From Patescibacteria group bacterium (GTDB lineage: Bacteria > Patescibacteriota > Microgenomatia > UBA1400 > PJMF01), in assembly GCA_016861205.1 (NCBI GenBank), contig BOKX01000001.1:698801-762800 (forward strand): 64,000 bases of DNA. Reading direction: 5' to 3'. Position numbers and translations under genes: made by a program. Of this stretch, positions 57,271 through 64,000 are shown piece by piece. Each line of letters begins with the position of its first letter. Position 1 is the stretch's first letter. The notes under the pieces are model-generated. The model did no database searches. It was given only the letters and a program-made list of their open reading frames with translations, and was not told the origin of the DNA.

Positions 57271-59619
57271 TCAAGTCTGCCGACTGCTAAATCGGTCCTG
57301 ACGCAACCACAGCACCCACCCCACCAGACTGATCATCGAGACACTAGCCCCCAACCACCACCATCGAGGTTGGTACCGCAGTACCACTTTCAAAACTTGC
57401 TCAGGTTGGGTGGTCGGCAACTCCAGCCGACGCTGACCATCAACGTTGTGAATCTGGGTGGGTTGTCCATTTATCCAAGCTCGCCAACCTCGGTCAAACC
57501 GATCAGCAATCACCAGCTGCGCTGCCCCGTCGGGATTACTCAGTTCCAGATACTGTGAATTCGGGGTTTCGGCTAAAGCTTGCAAAGCAACCGGCACCTC
57601 ACGTTCATCGCGAAACCGACTCAGACTCGGTAAGCGATAAATTCGCCAGCGATCATCCAAACTGACACTCGGCCAGGTGCCAAAAGTGTCACTTGGTGTC
57701 AGCTCAAACCAAGTATCCACTAGGTAGTAGCGAACTGCCCAGCGAGACAGTAGTTGCAGCGTGGTCGCGTCGTTGAGGTCCAGTTTTGGCAGAAAGTTGA
57801 TCTGGACTTGCTGCTGCGGATTCGGCCACTGATTGACGAAATCCTGCGGCATGAGGGTGGTGTAGCCGTGAATCATCGGCACCCCAGCCACCATGTTCCA
57901 GTCCAAGGTTTGCCCTCGGCGAAGCGCAATCGCGTGATCGAAAGTTTGGAGTTCATGAGCGTTAACAAATGAGTCAGAAAACGGCGCCCGAACCACCATA
58001 GCTTCCCAGTACGAACCAAAATCGGTGTACGGCTGATTGCTGTTGCGGGTCAGCCACCGGTGGGTATCATCGGTACTCAAAGAACCAACTTTCCCCCATT
58101 GCTGATTCACTTCAGCCCAAGTCGGGTAAATCTGATTGGGTGCCCAAAAATAATTGGCTTGCGTGTGATAGACCAAGTCGAGGGCGACCACGATGGTGAG
58201 AAGTGCCCAGCGGCGACGTGTCACCAGCCACAAGGCTGCGATGGCGAGCAACGAAGTCACTAACAGGTCTTGAGCAACCACCTTCACAATCACTTGGTCA
58301 CGTTCTGGTGTATGGAATGGGCTACGACTCAGCCAACCGTTCGTCACCGTATTGAGTTCACGCCACCACTCACCAAACCGCACCTCGGCCTGCCACCACC
58401 CAATACTCCCTATCAACGCTAAGAAACTAAAACTAGCTACCCCGAGTTTAAACCATCGCCAACTCAGCCTCACCTTTGGCAAACAAGTCACCACCCACAG
58501 CCATACCGCTACCGTCGTCACAATCAGCAACATGCTCGGATAACGACCGATCCGAAACCAAGGCATCACCGCTTGCAAAGCAGAGAACCCCGGCAGATAC
58601 GTACCCAGACTGACAATCAACGTACTGAAAACCACCCCACCCAAAAACCAATCACTCGCTCGCCGGCGAACTAAACTCACCCAACCAACCACCGCCGAGC
58701 ACACCCAGCCGAGATAAAACACCATATTTGGTTGGCCGCTCCAAGCAGGACCCCACTTCATACCGGCCGTTGGCTTGTCAAAAAAGTACGGGAGCACTGT
58801 CTTTACCATCATGACAGGGTTAAGTGAGCCAACAGCCGCTTGTGAGGCAGTTTGTTGAATTCGAGTTGAGCGGAGTAGTTGTTCGGCAAAAGGCACCCAG
58901 GCCACCGCACTGACTGCCAGCGTCCAAAAACCAGTCAGCACCCAAGCTTGCCACCACGTACGAGCTGTCACGGCCACAGGTCCGTGACCATCATCAGGGC
59001 CACGCCAACGCTGCCCCCACGAAAACACCACCGCTGCCAAAATTGAGTACACCACATGTTGGGGATACCCACCCAAAAACTGCAAACATGCTACCAATCC
59101 AAACCACCATCTGGCTCTGGCTTGAGTTGGTACCAACTCGCCCAGCCATAGTAACCAGGGTAACCACACAATTGATTGAATCGTTGATACATTGTTGCTG
59201 CTGCCAGCTACTTGCGTGGACAGCATCCAGCCCAACCCAGCCAGTACCGCTAACCAAGCCTGTGACGTCCAGCGTTTGGCAAGCAACCACATGCCAATAA
59301 ATGCCACACCATAGTGGGCTATCAACGTTATGTTTAGTGCCCAGGCCGGGTTCAACAACATGAACAAACCAGTGCTGGGATAGAGGACAGATTGATTGAT
59401 ATCTTCAATCCACGGCAACCCACCAAGCAAGTAGGGATTCCACAGAGGTAGTAAACCGTGCCGCAGCCAATACGCAGTGAAAATTTTGCCGGGCACCATC
59501 AGTGAGTAGTTATCACCAAAAATGAGCGTTTTGCCCATGAGCATCGGCCAGCAACGCAGCCAAATTGCGCCGGCCACAACTGCCAGAATAAGCCAATGAT
59601 TGATTCGTTTCGACACCAC
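57271..59619 (-). CDS. Large polytopic GT-C-like membrane protein (YfhO/ArnT-like glycosyltransferase candidate)
   Basis: 782 aa, more than 12 TM helices plus a C-terminal extracytoplasmic domain. Sits next to a polyprenyl-phosphate GT2. Confidence 0.5.
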   Translation of the reverse strand: MVSKRINHWLILAVVAGAIWLRCWPMLMGKTLIFGDNYSLMVPGKIFTAYWLRHGLLPLWNPYLLGGLPWIEDINQSVLYPSTGLFMLLNPAWALNITLIAHYGVAFIGMWLLAKRWTSQAWLAVLAGLGWMLSTQVAGSSNNVSTIQSIVWLPWLLWLGELVPTQARARWWFGLVACLQFLGGYPQHVVYSILAAVVFSWGQRWRGPDDGHGPVAVTARTWWQAWVLTGFWTLAVSAVAWVPFAEQLLRSTRIQQTASQAAVGSLNPVMMVKTVLPYFFDKPTAGMKWGPAWSGQPNMVFYLGWVCSAVVGWVSLVRRRASDWFLGGVVFSTLIVSLGTYLPGFSALQAVMPWFRIGRYPSMLLIVTTVAVWLWVVTCLPKVRLSWRWFKLGVASFSFLALIGSIGWWQAEVRFGEWWRELNTVTNGWLSRSPFHTPERDQVIVKVVAQDLLVTSLLAIAALWLVTRRRWALLTIVVALDLVYHTQANYFWAPNQIYPTWAEVNQQWGKVGSLSTDDTHRWLTRNSNQPYTDFGSYWEAMVVRAPFSDSFVNAHELQTFDHAIALRRGQTLDWNMVAGVPMIHGYTTLMPQDFVNQWPNPQQQVQINFLPKLDLNDATTLQLLSRWAVRYYLVDTWFELTPSDTFGTWPSVSLDDRWRIYRLPSLSRFRDEREVPVALQALAETPNSQYLELSNPDGAAQLVIADRFDRGWRAWINGQPTQIHNVDGQRRLELPTTQPEQVLKVVLRYQPRWWWLGASVSMISLVGWVLWLRQDRFSSRQT

Positions 59620-59695
59620 TTTACTCTATCACTCCACCAGCTAGGGATGTGAGAGCCTAAATCTTGTTGTTAACTGAGTCTGCCAAACAGGACAG

Positions 59696-60373
59696 CTATG
59701 ATCGGAATCGCAAACTGAAAATCACCCGCAGCGCATCAATACCGTCGCGCCAAGTGATTTTTTTGCCCTGGCTGAAGTCTCGCCCCACATAACTAATCGG
59801 CACTTCAAAAATGTACACTTTGCGCTTGAGCAACTTACAGGTAATTTCAGGCTCTAAATCAAACTTGTTCGCGGTGATTTTCAACTCCCGCAACAACTTG
59901 GTCGGCATGACTTTGTAACATGTCTCCATGTCCGTCAAGGTCGTGTTGTACAAAATGTTGACCAAAAAATTAAGAAAGTCATTCCCTTTGCGATGCCAAA
60001 AGAGCAGGTTCGAATGAGGACCCAAAAAACGTGAACCGTACACCACCTGCACTCGCTTTTTCTTGATCGGGTCGAGCAAGGCTGGAATGTCAGAGGGATC
60101 GTACTCCAAGTCGGCATCTTGGATTAAAACGTAGTTACCGGTTACTTGTTTGAGACCGTGCCGAATAGCACTCCCTTTGCCACCATTGGCTTTGTGAAAA
60201 ACGCGCAGCTTGCGGTGCTTCAGCCGTTTCAACTTGGTTCTGGTTCGATCGGTAGAGCCGTCGTTCACCACCACCACTTCTTTGACTTGGCGGGACTTCA
60301 GTAGCTTGGCAATAACTTGGGTGACTGTCTGTTCTTCGTTATAGACCGGTACCACCACTGACAACTTAACCAT
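59696..60373 (-). CDS. GT2 polyprenyl-phosphate glycosyltransferase (DPM1/GtrB/ArnC-like)
   Basis: 'VVVPVYNEE', 'VNDGSTD' and 'DADL' (DxD) motifs. Short soluble GT-A. Confidence 0.8.
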   Translation of the reverse strand: MVKLSVVVPVYNEEQTVTQVIAKLLKSRQVKEVVVVNDGSTDRTRTKLKRLKHRKLRVFHKANGGKGSAIRHGLKQVTGNYVLIQDADLEYDPSDIPALLDPIKKKRVQVVYGSRFLGPHSNLLFWHRKGNDFLNFLVNILYNTTLTDMETCYKVMPTKLLRELKITANKFDLEPEITCKLLKRKVYIFEVPISYVGRDFSQGKKITWRDGIDALRVIFSLRFRS

Positions 60374-60455
60374 CTCACATCCTGTCTAGGACCAACGACT
60401 CACCATATGATGAGCTGGTCCAGGGCAGTGGCTATTAGCTCTGTTACGACTTGGC

Positions 60456-61022
60456 CTAGTCTCGCTCTGGTTGCCAGAAGTCTGGCAAAGCGTTCCATGG
60501 CACTCGGTTTTCATCCGGTTGGTCAGGGTTAAACTGCTGTGACACAAAGTAGAACAACGCCACCGGTTGACCTGAAAAGTTCGCTGCCCCATGGGCAACG
60601 CCTTTCGGTATATATAACAGACTGGGGGCTGCGCCGCCAAGTACTATCCGTTGAGTCTGATCCTTGGTACTCGAGTTAGCTCGAATGTCCCACAGACCCA
60701 CCAGCAGTTGTGTACCCGCTGGAACGTACCAAACTTCATCTTGATTAAAATGGAAGTGCCAGGCCTTAACTGTATTGGGCAGCAGTTGGCTGCGGTTGAT
60801 TTGGCGGGGCTTAAAACCAGGGAACTCAGCCATCTCACCTTGCTCGGTCAAGCGTAAAATTTCGCCAAAGTCGCCGTCCTCTGTTAACCAAGTCTTGAGG
60901 GGGAGTTGTTTGACGCCGTCGATGATAGTTTTGCCACCGCCATACGTTTGCACGTAGTACTCGTGGCTGACTGCCGGATTGGTTTGCATGGTGCGCTGAT
61001 TCGTCATACCCTCCTTATTCAA
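60456..61022 (-). CDS. RmlC-like cupin (dTDP-sugar 3,5-epimerase family)
   Basis: '[13 protein letters not shown]' and '[14 protein letters not shown]' RmlC cupin blocks. Confidence 0.55.
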   Translation of the reverse strand: MNKEGMTNQRTMQTNPAVSHEYYVQTYGGGKTIIDGVKQLPLKTWLTEDGDFGEILRLTEQGEMAEFPGFKPRQINRSQLLPNTVKAWHFHFNQDEVWYVPAGTQLLVGLWDIRANSSTKDQTQRIVLGGAAPSLLYIPKGVAHGAANFSGQPVALFYFVSQQFNPDQPDENRVPWNALPDFWQPERD

Positions 61023-62952
61023 CTACTTCGCCTTCTTCAGCCGACTTTTTGGCCTCCGAAGAATCGCTGGCTTTGTCACTTTTCTCGCCCGCTTCATCTG
61101 GTTTGGCTGCCCCAGCTGCTTGAGCAGCTTGGAAGGCTTCGCCTAGTTTGCGAGCTGAGGCAAAGGTGGCTTCAGTCGCTTGATCCAGTTCTGCCTTGGT
61201 GACATCAGGCTTAGCTGCCAGCTCTTTGAGCTTAGCGACGTTTTCCTCGATTGCCTTACGATCTTCTTCACTCACTTTATCACCATATTCTTTGAGTTGC
61301 TTGTCCAGTTCAAATGCGACACTGGTGGCATGGTTGCGAGCCTCAACTACCTCGCGTTTAGCTTTGTCTTCAGCAGCGTGACTTTCAGCCTCATTCTTCA
61401 TCTTCTCGATCTCGTCGTCAGACAAGTTAGTTGAGTTTTGAATGGTGATTTTTTGCTCTTTGCTGGTGGTCTTGTCCTTGGCAGTCACGTTCAAAATGCC
61501 ATTTGAGTCAATATCAAAAGTCACTTCGATCTGAGGCATACCTCGACCCGCAGGTGGAATGCCATCCAGAATAAAGCGGCCCAGGCTCTTGTTGTCGGTG
61601 GCCATTGAACGTTCACCTTGCAAAACATGAATCTCAACTTGCGTCTGGTTATCAGCCGCTGTTGAGAAAACTTGTGACTTGCTGGTAGGAATAGTCGTGT
61701 TGCGTTCGATAAGCGGAGTCATCACCCCACCCAAGGTTTCCAAACCAAGCGTTAATGGTGTCACATCCAACAACACAATGTCAGACACGTCACCACCGAT
61801 GACACCAGCCTGAATGGCAGCACCCACCGCCACTACCTCGTCAGGGTTAACCCCTTTGTGCGGCTCTTTGCCAAAGAACTTCTTAACTTCTTCTTGAATC
61901 TTAGGCATGCGAGTCATACCACCCACCAGCACCACTTCATGGATGTCGCTGGCTTTGACCCCAGCGTCTTTCAGGGCTTTTTCAACTGGAGTAAAACTCT
62001 TCTGAATCAAGTCATCAACCAGCTCTTCGAGCTTGGCACGCGTCAGCGTCATTGTCAGGTGCAGCGGTTGACCATCATCCCCTTGGGCAATAAATGGTTG
62101 GTTGATATCACTTTGCTGGGCACTCGACAACTCGATCTTGGCTTTTTCGGCGGCATCCTTGATGCGCTGCAAAGCTTGAGGATCTTTTGACAAATCTTTG
62201 CCAGACTCTTTCTTAAACTCGGCAATGATCCAGTCAATGATTTGGTTGTCAAAGTCATCACCACCGAGGAACGTGTCACCATTGGTGGACTTTACTTCAA
62301 ACACACCTTCACCGATTTCCAAAATTGAGATGTCAAACGTGCCACCACCCAAGTCATAGACGGCGATCGTGGCGCTGCCTTTTTTGTCGAGACCATAAGC
62401 CAAAGCGGCTGCGGTCGGCTCGTTCACAATGCGCTCAACAGTCAAACCTGCAATCTCACCGGCTTGTTTGGTGGCTTGGCGTTGCGAGTCGTCAAAGTAA
62501 GCGGGAACGGTAATCACCGCTCGGGTGACCGGTTGTCCCAAGTAGCTCTCAGCATCGGCCTTAGCTTTGCCCAAAATCTTGGCGGAGATTTCTTGCGGTG
62601 TATATTTTTGGCCGTCAATTTCGACCACTGCCATTCCCTCTTTACCCTCAGTCACTTGATATGCCACGTGCTTGATAGCGGCTTGAACAGCTTTGTCCTT
62701 GAGCTTGCGACCCATAAATCGCTTAACTGAGTTGACGGTAGCTTTGGGGTTTAGCACCATTTGACGTTTGGCCACATCACCAACGGTGATGTCTTTGCCT
62801 TTGAACGACACCACAGATGGATACGTGTTACGACCTTCAGCGGTAGGGATGACTTTGGGTGAACCACCCTCCATCACGGCCACAGCCGAGTTGGTGGTAC
62901 CGAGGTCGATACCAATGATTTTACCGGTTGCAGTAGTTTTTTTGTCTGCCAT
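61015..62952 (-). CDS. dnaK: Chaperone DnaK (Hsp70)
   Basis: '[10 protein letters not shown]', 'DLGGGTFD' and EEVD-type acidic C-terminus. Confidence 0.95.
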   Translation of the reverse strand: MADKKTTATGKIIGIDLGTTNSAVAVMEGGSPKVIPTAEGRNTYPSVVSFKGKDITVGDVAKRQMVLNPKATVNSVKRFMGRKLKDKAVQAAIKHVAYQVTEGKEGMAVVEIDGQKYTPQEISAKILGKAKADAESYLGQPVTRAVITVPAYFDDSQRQATKQAGEIAGLTVERIVNEPTAAALAYGLDKKGSATIAVYDLGGGTFDISILEIGEGVFEVKSTNGDTFLGGDDFDNQIIDWIIAEFKKESGKDLSKDPQALQRIKDAAEKAKIELSSAQQSDINQPFIAQGDDGQPLHLTMTLTRAKLEELVDDLIQKSFTPVEKALKDAGVKASDIHEVVLVGGMTRMPKIQEEVKKFFGKEPHKGVNPDEVVAVGAAIQAGVIGGDVSDIVLLDVTPLTLGLETLGGVMTPLIERNTTIPTSKSQVFSTAADNQTQVEIHVLQGERSMATDNKSLGRFILDGIPPAGRGMPQIEVTFDIDSNGILNVTAKDKTTSKEQKITIQNSTNLSDDEIEKMKNEAESHAAEDKAKREVVEARNHATSVAFELDKQLKEYGDKVSEEDRKAIEENVAKLKELAAKPDVTKAELDQATEATFASARKLGEAFQAAQAAGAAKPDEAGEKSDKASDSSEAKKSAEEGEVVE

Positions 62953-63056
62953 ATATGTCTTTTGAGTGAGTTTTTCATTGTCTCAAAAAAGGCCAATTCA
63001 AAACTCACTCAAAACTCCTTGTTAAAACTTATTACTTTCTTTTAGACCCCTGAGGT

Positions 63057-63551
63057 CTAGTCCAAAATTACTTTGGCGTGTTGCAGGACTTGGCCGTGCA
63101 ACTGATAGCCTTTTTTGACTACCTTGATCACCCGCTGTTTTTTGTCTCCAGCTTCGACCACCTCCATAAGCTCGGGGTTGAAAGGTTGGTCGTCAGTTTT
63201 GATCTCTTCCAGGCCAGCTTGCGATAACACTTGCCAAAACTGCGTGACCACCATGTTCAGCCCTTGATCCTGCAGCTGGGCGGCTGCCAAACTCAGATGC
63301 TCAAGTGGCTGCAGCAGACTGCTCAGTAGCTCTCGATTAGCGAACGTCATCATTCGGACACGATCGTCTTGGGTTCGCTTAACCAAGTTTTGATAGTCAG
63401 CTAAAGCTCGCCGCTCTCGCTCCTGTGCTTGACGAAGGTCAGCTTGTAACTGCTGAACTTGGTCAGACCCAGTGGATTGGGCTGCGCCGCCTGTCTTTGG
63501 CTGATCGTCACTAACTGGCGCCGCCGGAGTTTTCTTGGGTGGTGTCATCAT
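63057..63551 (-). CDS. grpE: Nucleotide exchange factor GrpE
   Basis: Coiled-coil N-terminus and C-terminal GrpE beta-domain 'VVKKGYQLHGQVLQHAKV'. Confidence 0.85.
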   Translation of the reverse strand: MMTPPKKTPAAPVSDDQPKTGGAAQSTGSDQVQQLQADLRQAQERERRALADYQNLVKRTQDDRVRMMTFANRELLSSLLQPLEHLSLAAAQLQDQGLNMVVTQFWQVLSQAGLEEIKTDDQPFNPELMEVVEAGDKKQRVIKVVKKGYQLHGQVLQHAKVILD

Positions 63552-63565
63552 ATGTTTACTGACAG

Positions 63566-64000
63566 TTAGGCTGCCAACTCCTCAACTAAACCGCGCAAGT
63601 AGCGCAACATCGGCACCAACGTCCAGTACTCAAACCGAGCTGAACCAATTACACACAGCTGACATTTCTGACCACCGATGGTGGTAGAAACGTACATCAC
63701 GCCCACTGGTTGCAAGTTTGGGTTCCCCAGTTCTGGGCCATACACCACTTGGACTTGATTTTCATTGGTACCAAGATTGAAAATCTCTTCCAAGATTGGT
63801 TGTTCCTCGATCATTGAAAACACCTGGCGGGTAACATTAATGTCGTAAAACTCGGGAATGTTTAACAAGTTGGCGTAACCAGAGTGATAAATGTTTTGCC
63901 CACTAACCATCGCCAAGCCTAAGGCGTGCGACCGATCAGCTAACACGTGCGCAATTTCTCTGAGTAAGGCCTCTGGTTGATGACGAGAGTGCCAAATGCG
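63566..64000 (-). CDS. hrcA: Heat-inducible repressor HrcA (C-terminal part; continues beyond window)
   Basis: C-terminal HrcA dimerisation region ('QKCQLCVIGSARFEYW'). Frame remains open to the window end. Confidence 0.7.
   Translation of the reverse strand, partial: RIWHSRHQPEALLREIAHVLADRSHALGLAMVSGQNIYHSGYANLLNIPEFYDINVTRQVFSMIEEQPILEEIFNLGTNENQVQVVYGPELGNPNLQPVGVMYVSTTIGGQKCQLCVIGSARFEYWTLVPMLRYLRGLVEELAA

Overview
This is a gene-dense 64-kb bacterial window at roughly 50% GC. The short IF-2 (about 488 aa), PNPase with an RGG tail and many ORFans suggest a reduced-genome, possibly Patescibacteria/CPR-like organism; that is inference only.

Main blocks:
(i) 0-10 kb: a partial permease, tRNA-Ser(TGA), tRNA-Arg(GCG), a 713-aa ORFan, phosphomannomutase, and tRNA-Ser(CGA) followed by an AT-rich ORFan, with several hypotheticals.
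(ii) 10.2-17.2 kb: a surface-glycan-type cluster with two SAM methyltransferases, an acyltransferase-3, CapA, GT2, GT4 and a secreted lectin-like/C39-like peptidase fusion.
(iii) 17.2-25.0 kb: dus, then a tRNA-Val(CAC) gene that appears split into a 5' half (18342-18388) and a 3' half (24976-25003). Between them lies a roughly 6.6-kb lower-GC insertion flanked by an 11-bp direct repeat (ACATTCGAGAG). The insertion carries its own intact tRNA-Val(CAC), a tyrosine integrase, a HEPN-like protein, a Zn-ribbon protein, an XRE repressor, a tRNA-guanine-transglycosylase (TGT/DpdA)-like protein translationally coupled to a PIN nuclease, and a wHTH protein. It looks like an integrative defence/DNA-modification island and is the most interesting part of the window.
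(iv) comF, ftsK, rnj, UDG, a Lon-like AAA+ ATPase, a PfkB kinase, LOG, rpe, rpiB, cupredoxin, DsbA, ferredoxin/FNR and YjjX.
(v) suf operon (sufC-B-D-S-U), NUDIX, DEDD exonuclease and SOD.
(vi) pnp-rpsO-infB-nusA.
(vii) A heat-shock locus hrcA-grpE-dnaK ... dnaJ-like interrupted by an RmlC-like/GT2/YfhO-like glycosylation trio.

No rRNA or CRISPR array was found.
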